Numbered from the stretch's first letter, positions 42,276-51,721 are shown. The stretch: DNA of 64,000 bases from an uncultured delta proteobacterium (GCA_963814585.1 CAWFDF010000014.1:128001-192000), one strand, 5' to 3'. The notes: a model not told the origin generated them from the letters alone. A program made the numbers and translations.

Positions 42276-45200
42276 TCAGTAGGCCCCGCCCAGGCGAGTA
42301 GGTCTCGGTGGTGTCGCCGAGCGTGCAGCCCCCAGGTGCTGCCGCAGGGACTGGCCGCTCTGCAGCGTACGCGGGAGTAGCGTCGAGCCGCCGATCTGCG
42401 GCGGGCTGGTGGTTCGACATGCTCCGTGGTGTTGCGGATGAAGGCGTAGGGCCTGGCGTTGACCTGTGCCGGGGAACCGGTCGAGGTTCCAGCCCACCGT
42501 CCCGGTCTTGCGGTCACCGGTGAAGCCGGCAGCACGTTGACCCCGTGGACGTCCTGCGCGCGAACCGGCCGCACCACCGCGGTCGTGTAGTCGCTGCCGT
42601 GACACCTGTTGCAGCCATACTGCAGGTAGACCTGCATGGTGTTGTTGGAGTCGAAGTCGAATGCCGAACCCGGGCCGTGTGACACGTTGGAGTTGCACGT
42701 GTTGGTCGCGCCCCCGCAGGTGTCGTAGCCTGGCGTGGCAGACGGCGCAGAGCGTCGCACCGGTGGTCGCCGAGGGCGCCGTGCCGCTGGCCGTGGCGTT
42801 GCCCCGGAGCGTCACCGCTCCGCCGTGGGCCGTGACCGTGGTGGTGATGGTGCCGCGTGACTCCCGTGCCGCGCATGGCAGTCCCAGCAGGAGAGCAGCA
42901 GACCCCAGCCGGTGGTGGTGCCGGCCGTCTTGGTCGACGCTCCAGGGCGCCACCATGCGGGTGCCTGATGCGTAGGAGTTGTTCTGCTTCCCGGTCACCG
43001 GGTGGTACGAGGAGTTGGTCGGCGCGAAGGAGGCGTTGACGTCGGCGACGCCGCCCGCGACGCCGTTGGCGGTCACGCCCGCGCCCACGTAGGCCGCGCC
43101 CGCGATGGTGGTGCCGAAGGGCTTCTCCGCCGTCCCGGTCGTCGGCACCCGCGCCGAGGCGCTCAGCGCGCCGTTGCCGTCGTGGCACTTGAGGCACTGG
43201 TTGATCATGATGGCCTGGACCGCCGGCTCCAGCGTGGCGCTGGCCAGGTTGCGGCTGAACGCCGTGAAGGTCGCGTCGGTGGCGGTGCTGGCGTAGGCCC
43301 CGGCGCCGGTGCCGCCGAAGGTGACCCCCTTGATGTTCAGACCGGTGTCCGGATCCCTCAGGTTGATGAGCCCGTCCCTGTGGACGCCCGACGGGTTGCC
43401 GGTGGCCGCGTCGCCTTCCATGTGGCAGACCACGCAGTCCCACTTGGTGACGACGGTGTTGGCGGGCACGCCGCCACTGGAGGAGCGTTTGTGCGACCAG
43501 GCGTTCCTGAACTCGGGGACGATGGGGCGCCTCGTCCCCTGGACCTCGTCGTGGCAGGTCACGCAGTCGCCGCCGCCGTCGAGCTGGCCGTTGATGTGGC
43601 TCAGCTGGTTCACCGCCGCGATGGTGCTCGCCGAGGTCGGCGAGCTGGCGTAGCCCGGGTGGCAGGAGCCGCAGAGCGGATCGCTCGGGTGGGCCGCCGT
43701 GACGGGTGGCAGGCCGTGGCAGGAGCCACACTGGGCCGCGCTGGCCGCGCCGGTCCAGGCCGGGGCGTTGACCTGGCCAGCGGCCGTGTCCGTGCTCTTC
43801 GGATCGTGGCAGTAGGTGCTGGAGCAGGTGGGCTGCGCGTAGGAGGCCGCCTTGGTCTCGAAGGCGTTGTCGCCGGCCAGGGCGCCGAAGGTCAGCGTGG
43901 CGCGGGCCACGCCGGTCCCCACGCCGGTGGCGTGGGCGACGTCGGTGTTGCTCGTCGGGACCAGGTGGCACTCGGCGCAGGCGATGGCCGTGGAGCGCCA
44001 GCGCGGCGTGTTGCCGGCGCCGTTCCCCACCAGGTGGGCCTCGTGGGCGCCGACGCCGACGGCCGTGGTGGCCACCGCGCCGACGGTGTCGTACGAGTTG
44101 GTGCCGCTGCCCGAGGCCCCCGGCGCCGACTTGAGCGGCGCCGCCGCCAGGACGTTGGCTGCCCCCAGCTCGCCGTGGCAGCCGGTGCAGCCCGAGGTCG
44201 ACCTGGTGACGATGGCGTCGACGTGGGTCGCCGCCGTCACCGTGGTGCTGGTGGAGCCGGCGTGGCAGGTGCTGCAGGTGGTGTTCTGCGGGTGCGGGTA
44301 GGTCGGCTGCGAGGCGGTGGTCCCCTGCCCGTGGCAGGCGGTGCAGGCCAGCTTGGCGGTGGTCCCGGTGCCCCAGCTCACCGTGTTGGCGAGCTTGCCG
44401 CCCGGGAAGTTGCCGTGGCAGTAGGTGTTCGAGCAGGTCTTGCTGGCCGCGCTGTAGGCCGTCGGCGTGATCCCGCCCGCCGTGGCGATGTTGCCCCACA
44501 GCACCGGGTTGGCCGGCGTGGCGTGCGGCGCGGTGGTCCAGACCTGGCCGAGGTGGCAGTTGTCGCAGCGCAGCGCATTCGAGAGCGGCCCCGGCGCCGC
44601 GACGTCGCCCTGGTTCACGTGGGCCTGGTGGGCCCCGACCAGGTTGCCGGTGGCCACGCCGCTGCCGTCGAGCGGCGGCGCCGCCTTGACCAGGTTCTGC
44701 CCGTTGACGTCGTTCCAGACCGCGGTGGCGACCGGGGTCCGGCCCACCGCTCCGTGGCACGAGGTGCAGGTCATGTTGGCCACGTCGAGCGACCCGTTGA
44801 TGTGGGCCAGGGCGTTGACCGCGGCGATGGTGCTGGCCGTGGACGGCGCGTCGGCGTAGCCGGGGTGGCAGCCGCTGCAGGCCGTGCTGGACGTGTGGCC
44901 GCTGGCCAACGGAGGCAGGCCGTGGCAGGAACCGCACTGGGCCGTGGCGGCCGCCCCGATCCAGGACGGCGCCTGGTTCAGTCCGGCCACCGTGTCGGCG
45001 CGCGGCGCGTGGCAGTAGGTGCTGGCGCAGCCGGGCTGCGTGTAGGTCGGCGTCCGGGCCCCGAAGGCGTTGTCGCCGGCCAGGGCGCCGAAGGTCAGCG
45101 TGGCGCGGGCCACGCCGGTCCCCACGCCGGTGGCGTGGGCGACGTCGGTGTTGCTCGTCGGAACCACGTGGCACTCGGCGCAGGCGATGGCCGTGGAGCG

Positions 45201-48200
45201 CCAGCGCGGCGTGTTGCCGGCGCCGTTCCCCACCAGGTGGGCCTCGTGGGCGCCGACGCCGACGGCCGTGGTGGCCACCGCGCCGACGGTGTCGTACGAG
45301 TTGGTGCCGCTGCCCGAGGCCCCCGGCGCCGACTTGAGCGGCGCCGCCGCCAGGACGTTGGCCGCCCCCAGCTCGCCGTGGCAGCCGGTGCAGCCCGAGG
45401 TCGACCTGGTGACGATGGCGTCGACGTGGGTCGCCGCCGTCACCGTGGTGCTGGTGGAGCCGGCGTGGCAGGTGCTGCAGGTGGTGTTCTGCGGGTGCGG
45501 GTAGGTCGGCTGCGAGGCGGTGGTCCCCTGCCCGTGGCAGGCGGTGCAGGCCAGCTTGGCCGTCGTCCCGGTGCCCCAGCTCACCGTGTTGGCGAGCTTG
45601 CCGCCCGGGAAGTTGCCGTGGCAGTAGGTGTTCGAGCAGGTCTTGCTGGCCGCGCTGTAGGCCGTCGGCGTGATCCCGCCCGCCGTGGCGATGTTGCCCC
45701 ACAGCACCGGGTTGGCCGGCGTGGCGTGCGGCGCGGTGGTCCAGACCTGGCCCAGGTGGCAGTTGTCGCAGCGCAGCGCATTCGAGAGCGGCCCCGGCGC
45801 CGCGGCGTCGCCCTGGTTCACGTGGGCCTGGTGGGCCCCGACCAGGTTGCCGCCGGCGGTGCCGCTGGCGTCGACCGGCGGCGCCGCCCTGACCAGGTTC
45901 TGCCCGTTGACGTCGTTCCAGACCGCGGTGGCGACCGGGGTCCGGGCCACGTCGCCGTGGCAGGTCGTGCAGGTCATCGGGACGAGGTCGAGCTGGCCGT
46001 TGATGTGGTTGGTCGCGCTGACCGTGGTGCCGGTGTAGCCGGAGTGGCACCGGCCGCAGTCGGTGCTCGACTGGGGGTGGGTCCCACCGGGCAGCGTCGC
46101 CGTCGCCCCGGCGCCGGCCCCGTGGCAGGAGTTGCAGGTGAGCGCGGCGTCCTGCGCCCAGCCCACGGTGAAGGCGGGGCCCTTGCCGTTGGTGAAGTTG
46201 CCGTGGCAGTAGGTCGCGGTGCAGCCGACGCCCCCGGCCCGGCTGTAGGTCGGCGTCACCGCCGGCGACCAGATGGTGTTCACCGCGCCGCGCGCCAGCG
46301 CGCTCCACGTCAGGGTGGCCCGCGCCCCGCCCGTCCCGACGCCCACGGCGTGGGCCGTGTTGCCGTCGGCCGGCACCAGGTGGCAGTCGGCGCAGGCGAT
46401 GGCCGCCGACCGGTAGGTCGTCTGCTGCAGGTGGGCCTGGTGCGCGCCGTACTCGTTGGTCGTCGCCGCCACCGGCCCGCCCGTCGTCGACAGGCCCGTC
46501 CCGCCGGCGCCAGGCGCCGAGTTGAGCGGCGTCGCGGCCAGCACGCCCGGCGACGGCGTCGAGAGCACGCCGTGGCAGCCGCTGCAGCCGAAGGTCCCCC
46601 TGTTCACCGCACCGTCGACGTGGGTGCTCGCCGTCACCGAGCTCGCGGAGTAGCCGGCGTGGCAGGTGACGCAGGTGGCGTTCTGCGGGTGCGGGTAGCC
46701 CGGCTGCGGCGCCGCCACCGACTGGCCGTGGCAGGCGTTGCAGGCCAGCTTGGTGGCGGCCGTCGGTCCGGTCCCCCAGGCCACCACGTTCGACGGGATG
46801 CCGCCGGCGAACTGGCCGTGGCAGTACGTCGAGCTGCAGCTCAGGGTGGCCGGCGCGTAGGCCGCCCCGGCGGCGACGGCGATGTCACCGAAGGTCACCG
46901 TGGTCACGCCGTCGGAGTGGGTCGTCGAGGACGGCACCACGTGGCAGGCGACGCAGCGCTGGGCGGCGGAGAGCGGGGCGCCCGTCGCCCCCTGGTTGAC
47001 GTGGGCGAGGTGGGCGCCGACCTGGTTGCCGGAGGCCAGGCCGCTCAGGTCGATCGGCGGGGCGGACTGCTGCAGCGGCTGGTTGAAGACGTCGAGGTCG
47101 GTGGCGGTGGCCACCGAGGCGCGGGCGAGGTTGCCGTGGCACCCCGTGCAGGTGTCGGCGGCGGCGTCGAGCCGGCCGTTGAGGTGGAGCGCGGCGCTGG
47201 CGGTGGTGGTGGTGTAGCCGGCGTGGCAGACCGAGCAGTCCGTGTTGCCCTGCGGGTGCGTCCCGCCGGGCAGCGAGGCGATGGCGACGGTGGCGGCCGC
47301 GGCGCCGTGGCAGGAGTTGCAGGTCAGGGGGCCGACCGTGGTCCAGCCCACGGTGGCGTTCTTGCCGTTGCGGAAGTTGCCGTGGCAGTAGGTCGAGGCG
47401 CAGCTGCCGCCGGCGGTGCCGCCGGCGAACGAGGCCGACCCCGTGTAGGACGGGTTGACTGGCGCCCCGGACCAGGCGTTGACCGCCCCGGTGGCGGTGG
47501 TGCTCCAGGCCAGGGTGGCCCGGGCGCCGCCGGTGCCGGCCCCGCCGGTGGCGTGGGCGGTGTCGGTGTTGCCGGACGGGAGCGCGTGGCACTCCCCGCA
47601 GGCGATGGCGACGCGGCCGATGACCCCGGCGCCGAGGTGGGCCCTGTGGGCTCCCACGCCCGCCGAGGTGGCGGCCGTCTGGCCAACCGTGTCCATGGTG
47701 CCCAGGGCGTTCGTGCCGGTGGCGCCAGGCGCCGCGGCCGCCAGGTTGGCGGGCGGCGTCACCGTCACGCCCGTGGCCGAGAGCTGGCCGTGGCAGGAGG
47801 TGCAGCCCGACGTGGTCTTGTTCACCGTCCCGTCGACGTGCGTGGCCGCCGTCACCGCCGAGGAGGTGTAGCCGGCGTGGCAGGTGGCGCAGGCCAGGTT
47901 CTGCGGGTGCGGGTGCGGTGGCTGGGCCGCCGTGGCCTGGCCGTGGCAGGCGTTGCAGGCCAGCTTTCCGGCCGCGTTCCAGCCCACCGTGTTTCCCTGC
48001 AGGCCCCCCGTGAACTGGCCGTGGCAGTAGGTGGCGCTGCAGCCCCGGGCGACCGGGTCGTAGGTCGGCGAGGCGCCGTTGGTGGCCAGGCCGCCGAAGG
48101 TGACGAGGACGCTGCCGTTGGAGTGCGCCCCGGCGAGCGGGATCAGGTGGCAGGCGTCGCAGCGGACCGCGCTGGAGAGCGCCGGCGGCGTGGCCCCCTG

Positions 48201-51200
48201 GTTGACGTGGGCGAGGTGGGCGCCCACCTGGTTGGCGGTGGTGACGCCGGCCGGCGGCGAGGCCTGGACCAGCGGGGCCCCGTTGGCGTCGAGCTCGGCC
48301 GCGGTGAGCACCGGCGCGCGGGCCGGGTCGCCGTGGCAGGAGGAGCAGCTCAGGGTCGACACCTGCACCAGGCCGTCGAGGTGGGTGGCCTTGTCGACCG
48401 CGGTGCCGCCGTAGCCGGCGCCGTGGCAGCTGCCGCAGGCGGTGCTGCCCTGCGGGTGGCTGCCGCCCGGGAGGGTGGCGGTGGGGCCGGTGCCGGCGCC
48501 GTGGCAGGAGTTGCAGGTCAGCCCGCCGGTGCTGGTCCAGGCCACGGTGGCCTTGCCGCCGTTCTTGAACTGCCCGTGGCAGTAGGTGGAGGCGCAGCTG
48601 CCGGCGGTGGTCCCGTAGGCCGCCGAGGTCGAGCCCGCGTAGCTCGGCGCGACCGCCTCGTTGTTCCAGGAGGCCGGCGTCCCCAGCGCGAGGTTGCCCC
48701 AGGCCAGGGTGGCGCGGGCGCCGCCGGTGCCGGCGCCGGTGGCGTGGGCCCGGTCGGCGTTGGTGGGCGGCAGGGCGTGGCACTCGGTGCAGGCCAGCGC
48801 GGCCGAGCGGTAGGTGGTCCCGGAGGCGTGGGCGGCGTGGGCACCGACACCGGGGGCCGAGACCAGGCCCTGGCCGGTGGTGTCGAGCTGGTTGCCGCCG
48901 GACGGGGCGGAGGCCGCCAGGCCGTTGCCGAGCGTGACGCCGGCGACGGCGCGGTCGCCGTGGCAGGACGTGCACCCGCTCACCACCAGGGTGACGAGGG
49001 TGTCGACGTGCGTGGTCCGGGCCGTGCCGCTGATCCCGGCCACGGCGTAGCCGGCGCCGTGGCAGCTGGCGCAGACCGGGTTCTGCGGGTGGTTGGCGCC
49101 GGCCGGCGAGGCCGCCAGCGGAGGAGGCGCGCCGTGGCAGGTGCCGCAGGCGACCTGGCCGGCGCCGGCCGTCCAGCTGGGCGTCTTGTTGGTGCCGCCG
49201 GCCGCGGTGAGCGAGGCGCCGTGGCAGTAGTTGGTGCAGGTCGGGGCCGCCTCCCAGGCGGCGACCGGGAGCGCCCCGGCGAGCGGCGCCGGGGTCACGC
49301 CGCCGGCCGTGGCCGGCGCGGTCCAGGCCATGTCGACCTGGTCGTTGCCGTGGCGCAGGCTGGCCGGGCCGGTGTGGCAGGTGCCGCAGCCGTAGCCGGC
49401 CGCCACCAGCGTGCCGCCAGCGGTGTGCGGCTGGTGGGCGCCGACCTTGACGCCCGAGGAGGCGCCGGTGGTGGCGTACGGCGGCGCCGGGTTGCCCGAC
49501 GGGCCGCCGTGGCAGCTGGTGCAGTTGGTGCCGGCCGGGTCGATGAGCCCGTTGACGTGGGTGAGGGCGTTGACGCCGCTGGCGGAGTAGCCCGGGTGGC
49601 ACTGGCCGCAGGCCCCGTTGTTCGGGTGCCAGGTGCCGGGCCGGGCGGCGTGGCAGGTGCCGCAGGCCGCCTCGGGGGCGCCGGCCACCCAGTTCGGGTT
49701 GACCTTGGCGCCGCCGCCGGCCAGCGTGATGCCGTGGCAGTAGTTGGTGCAGGTCGGGTTCGCCTCCCAGCCGGCGATCAGGTTCCCCTCCGCCGGCGTC
49801 GGGACGGCGCTGCGGGCCCTGGCGAGCGAGCCCCAGCCGATGGCCACGCTGCCGTCGGCGTGCTTCTCGTCGCCGGGCAGGACCGCGCCGTGGCACTCGG
49901 TGCACTGGATCTGGATGGCCAGCGCGCCGGCGGGGTTGAGGCTGCTGGACGGCTGGATGTGGGCGAGGTGGGCGCCCACCGCCGGCTGGTTGGCGCCGGT
50001 CTCGCCCTGGGTCCCCTCGGGCGGCGCGGCCCTGTTGGCGGCCACCGGTGGGTTGCCGACCGCCGCGAAGGCGGCGTCGGCGGCCCGGTTGCCGGCGCCG
50101 TGACAGAAGGTGCAGTCGGTCAGCCAGGTCGGCCGGCCGGCCGCCGCGTGGCACGCCGTGCAGGACGGCGCCGCGCCCTGCCCGGCGAAGCTCGAGCCGT
50201 GGCAGGTGGCGCAGGCGGCCAGTCCCTGCAGCGCCTGGGGCCCGTGGGTGGCCGGGTTGGAGTAGCCGACCGGGTGGTAGTCGAATTCCGGGAGACCGTT
50301 CACGTGCAGGCCGTTGCCGGTGTTGATGGTGCCGTCGGCGTTGACGGTGCCGGGATGGCACTGGGCGCACTGGGTGGCGGCGGTGATGGCGAGGCCCGAC
50401 TTGTCGGTGACCGGGTGCGGCGCGACCGGGCCGGAGATGAAGTGGCAGCTGCCGCAGGCCCCGGCGCCCGGGGTGTTCCAGGCCGGCGTCTTGTTGCTCC
50501 CGCCGGCGAGCGAGCCGCCGTGGCAGTAGGTCGAGGCGCAGGACCCGGCGGCGTAGGACGGGCTGAGGCCGTCGAGGTCGACGAGGTCGTTGGTCCCGGT
50601 GGCCCACTGGATGACGGGCTGGCCGTGCGGACCGCCGTTGGTCGGGACCCGGTGGCACTCGCTGCACTCGAACGGCCTGGAGATGCGCGAGCCGAGCGAG
50701 GCCACGGTGGAGACGTGGCGCAGGTGGGCGCCGACCTGGGGGCCGGTGGTCTGCCCCCTGGAGTCCCTGGGCGGGGCCCAGGCGGCCTGGGAGCCGACCG
50801 GCTCGCCGCGGGTGGTGTCACCGTGGCAGGCGGTGCAGCCGCTGGCCTGGACCTGGCCGTCGATGTGGGCGCCGGTGGTGGTGAGCTGGCCGGCCGGCGT
50901 GACGGTGTCGGGGTGGCAGGTGGCGCAGTCCGTCGGCGTGAGGCCCGCGGCGTGGCTCGGAGGGGCGCCCGTGGTGTTGGGGCTCGACGGGTTGGCGACC
51001 GCGTCGCCGTGGCAGGAGCCGCAGTTCATCGGCGGGTCGCCCCAGGCCGGCGTCGTGGCGGAGCCGCCGCTGGCGCCGAGCGAGGCGCCGTGGCAGTAGA
51101 CGGTGCAGCTGCCGCCCTTCCCCGGAGCCGGGGCCGGCGAGAAGCTGGCGCTGAAGGTGCCTCCGTGGGTGGCGCGCGCCCCCCAGGTGATCTCGGCGCG

Positions 51201-51512
51201 GCGGTCGCCGTCGGGCGTGCCGTCCGGCTTCACCATGTGGCCGGCGTCGCCGATCAGCCCGGGGACCTTGTGGCAGTCGTCGCAGGCGACCAGCTTGCCG
51301 AGGTGCGCCGTGTGGGCGCCGATCGCGCCGCCGATCGCGGAGCCGGCGAGGTCGTTGGGCGGTGCCCCGGTCTGGTCGCCGGCCGCTCCGCCGTGGCAAC
51401 CGAGGCAGCTGCCCGGCCCGGATGGGTTGGGTGGCGTTCGCCTCGCCTTGTCGCAGCTTCCGAGGGAGAGCGCGGCGAAGAGGGCGGCGACTGCGAAGGC
51501 ATGACGGCGCAT
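42276..51512 (-). CDS. Giant lipoprotein multiheme c-type cytochrome (about 3,070 aa, about 73 heme motifs; CxxxxCH/CxxCH-domain family); last ~700 bp carry multiple +1 frameshifts
   Basis: Signal peptide with lipobox LGSC; manual count about 60 CxxCH (two in shifted frames) and 13 Cx3CH/Cx4CH; ends GGAY*. Confidence 0.93.
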   Translation of the reverse strand: MRRHAFAVAALFAALSLGSCDKARRTPPNPSGPGSCLGCHGGAAGDQTGAPPNDLAGSAIGGAIGAHTAHLGKLVACDDCHKVPGLIGDAGHMVKPDGTPDGDRRAEITWGARATHGGTFSASFSPAPAPGKGGSCTVYCHGASLGASGGSATTPAWGDPPMNCGSCHGDAVANPSSPNTTGAPPSHAAGLTPTDCATCHPDTVTPAGQLTTTGAHIDGQVQASGCTACHGDTTRGEPVGSQAAWAPPRDSRGQTTGPQVGAHLRHVSTVASLGSRISRPFECSECHRVPTNGGPHGQPVIQWATGTNDLVDLDGLSPSYAAGSCASTYCHGGSLAGGSNKTPAWNTPGAGACGSCHFISGPVAPHPVTDKSGLAITAATQCAQCHPGTVNADGTINTGNGLHVNGLPEFDYHPVGYSNPATHGPQALQGLAACATCHGSSFAGQGAAPSCTACHAAAGRPTWLTDCTFCHGAGNRAADAAFAAVGNPPVAANRAAPPEGTQGETGANQPAVGAHLAHIQPSSSLNPAGALAIQIQCTECHGAVLPGDEKHADGSVAIGWGSLARARSAVPTPAEGNLIAGWEANPTCTNYCHGITLAGGGAKVNPNWVAGAPEAACGTCHAARPGTWHPNNGACGQCHPGYSASGVNALTHVNGLIDPAGTNCTSCHGGPSGNPAPPYATTGASSGVKVGAHQPHTAGGTLVAAGYGCGTCHTGPASLRHGNDQVDMAWTAPATAGGVTPAPLAGALPVAAWEAAPTCTNYCHGASLTAAGGTNKTPSWTAGAGQVACGTCHGAPPPLAASPAGANHPQNPVCASCHGAGYAVAGISGTARTTHVDTLVTLVVSGCTSCHGDRAVAGVTLGNGLAASAPSGGNQLDTTGQGLVSAPGVGAHAAHASGTTYRSAALACTECHALPPTNADRAHATGAGTGGARATLAWGNLALGTPASWNNEAVAPSYAGSTSAAYGTTAGSCASTYCHGQFKNGGKATVAWTSTGGLTCNSCHGAGTGPTATLPGGSHPQGSTACGSCHGAGYGGTAVDKATHLDGLVQVSTLSCSSCHGDPARAPVLTAAELDANGAPLVQASPPAGVTTANQVGAHLAHVNQGATPPALSSAVRCDACHLIPLAGAHSNGSVLVTFGGLATNGASPTYDPVARGCSATYCHGQFTGGLQGNTVGWNAAGKLACNACHGQATAAQPPHPHPQNLACATCHAGYTSSAVTAATHVDGTVNKTTSGCTSCHGQLSATGVTVTPPANLAAAAPGATGTNALGTMDTVGQTAATSAGVGAHRAHLGAGVIGRVAIACGECHALPSGNTDTAHATGGAGTGGARATLAWSTTATGAVNAWSGAPVNPSYTGSASFAGGTAGGSCASTYCHGNFRNGKNATVGWTTVGPLTCNSCHGAAAATVAIASLPGGTHPQGNTDCSVCHAGYTTTTASAALHLNGRLDAAADTCTGCHGNLARASVATATDLDVFNQPLQQSAPPIDLSGLASGNQVGAHLAHVNQGATGAPLSAAQRCVACHVVPSSTTHSDGVTTVTFGDIAVAAGAAYAPATLSCSSTYCHGQFAGGIPSNVVAWGTGPTAATKLACNACHGQSVAAPQPGYPHPQNATCVTCHAGYSASSVTASTHVDGAVNRGTFGCSGCHGVLSTPSPGVLAATPLNSAPGAGGTGLSTTGGPVAATTNEYGAHQAHLQQTTYRSAAIACADCHLVPADGNTAHAVGVGTGGARATLTWSALARGAVNTIWSPAVTPTYSRAGGVGCTATYCHGNFTNGKGPAFTVGWAQDAALTCNSCHGAGAGATATLPGGTHPQSSTDCGRCHSGYTGTTVSATNHINGQLDLVPMTCTTCHGDVARTPVATAVWNDVNGQNLVRAAPPVDASGTAGGNLVGAHQAHVNQGDAAAPGPLSNALRCDNCHLGQVWTTAPHATPANPVLWGNIATAGGITPTAYSAASKTCSNTYCHGNFPGGKLANTVSWGTGTTAKLACTACHGQGTTASQPTYPHPQNTTCSTCHAGSTSTTVTAATHVDAIVTRSTSGCTGCHGELGAANVLAAAPLKSAPGASGSGTNSYDTVGAVATTAVGVGAHEAHLVGNGAGNTPRWRSTAIACAECHVVPTSNTDVAHATGVGTGVARATLTFGALAGDNAFGARTPTYTQPGCASTYCHAPRADTVAGLNQAPSWIGAAATAQCGSCHGLPPLASGHTSSTACSGCHPGYADAPSTASTIAAVNALAHINGSLDVANMTCTSCHGAVGRTPVATAVWNDVNGQNLVKAAPPLDGSGVATGNLVGAHQAHVNQGDVAAPGPLSNALRCDNCHLGQVWTTAPHATPANPVLWGNIATAGGITPTAYSAASKTCSNTYCHGNFPGGKLANTVSWGTGTTAKLACTACHGQGTTASQPTYPHPQNTTCSTCHAGSTSTTVTAATHVDAIVTRSTSGCTGCHGELGAANVLAAAPLKSAPGASGSGTNSYDTVGAVATTAVGVGAHEAHLVGNGAGNTPRWRSTAIACAECHLVPTSNTDVAHATGVGTGVARATLTFGALAGDNAFETKAASYAQPTCSSTYCHDPKSTDTAAGQVNAPAWTGAASAAQCGSCHGLPPVTAAHPSDPLCGSCHPGYASSPTSASTIAAVNQLSHINGQLDGGGDCVTCHDEVQGTRRPIVPEFRNAWSHKRSSSGGVPANTVVTKWDCVVCHMEGDAATGNPSGVHRDGLINLRDPDTGLNIKGVTFGGTGAGAYASTATDATFTAFSRNLASATLEPAVQAIMINQCLKCHDGNGALSASARVPTTGTAEKPFGTTIAGAAYVGAGVTANGVAGGVADVNASFAPTNSSYHPVTGKQNNSYASGTRMVAPWSVDQDGRHHHRLGSAALLLGLPCAARESRGTITTTVTAHGGAVTLRGNATASGTAPSATTGATLCAVCHARLRHLRGRDQHVQLQRVTRPGFGIRLRLQQHHAGLPAVWLQQVSRQRLHDRGGAAGSRAGRPRGQRAAGFTGDRKTGTVGWNLDRFPGTGQRQALRLHPQHHGACRTTSPPQIGGSTLLPRTLQSGQSLRQHLGAARSATPPRPTRLGGAY
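43861..45978. repeat. Intragenic direct repeat, 1,203-bp period (near-identical cores ~43861-44775 and ~45064-45978)
   Basis: AAGGCGTTGTCGCCGG at 43861 and 45064; GTGCAGGTCAT at 44764 and 45967; few substitutions between copies. Confidence 0.95.
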
Positions 51513-51606
51513 TGAGGCGACCTCGTACCGTCCTCCGGTGACAGGAGGATGCGGCGACCGGGATTGCGGAGACGCCCCATCGTGCCGGATTCGCACCAGC
51601 AGCGAA

Positions 51607-51620
51607 TTGATGCAGGTCAA
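51607..51620. promoter_or_regulatory. FNR/Crp-family box upstream of the giant cytochrome
   Basis: TTGATGCAGGTCAA, one mismatch to TTGAT-N4-ATCAA, in an AT-rich patch. Confidence 0.65.
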
Positions 51621-51721
51621 GCGATCGAAAATTTACCTGTCGGAACGCACTTTTCACGACATGGCCGCGGCGCCGAGGCCAGCGCGCAGAGCGCCCGTGG
51701 ACGGGGGGCGGGGCTGGAACG

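Noticed and set aside
42276..42950. Programmed frameshifting at the cytochrome C-terminus
   Set aside because: Too many shifts and no slippery motifs; the insertion bias fits sequencing error.
43861..45978. Repeat as a DGR template/variable pair or a CRISPR array
   Set aside because: Both copies are in-frame coding, differences are not adenine-specific, and there is no reverse transcriptase, cas gene or spacer structure.
43002..51515. 2,837-aa plus-strand ORF
   Set aside because: Antisense shadow of the cytochrome. GC3 bias removes TTA/CTA/TCA codons and so antisense stops; the translation is a motif-less Val/Ala/Gly/Arg mirror.
51575..51590. Sigma54 promoter for the cytochrome (CGGCACGATGGGGC)
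   Set aside because: GG to GC spacing is 9 rather than 10, and there is no TTGC.
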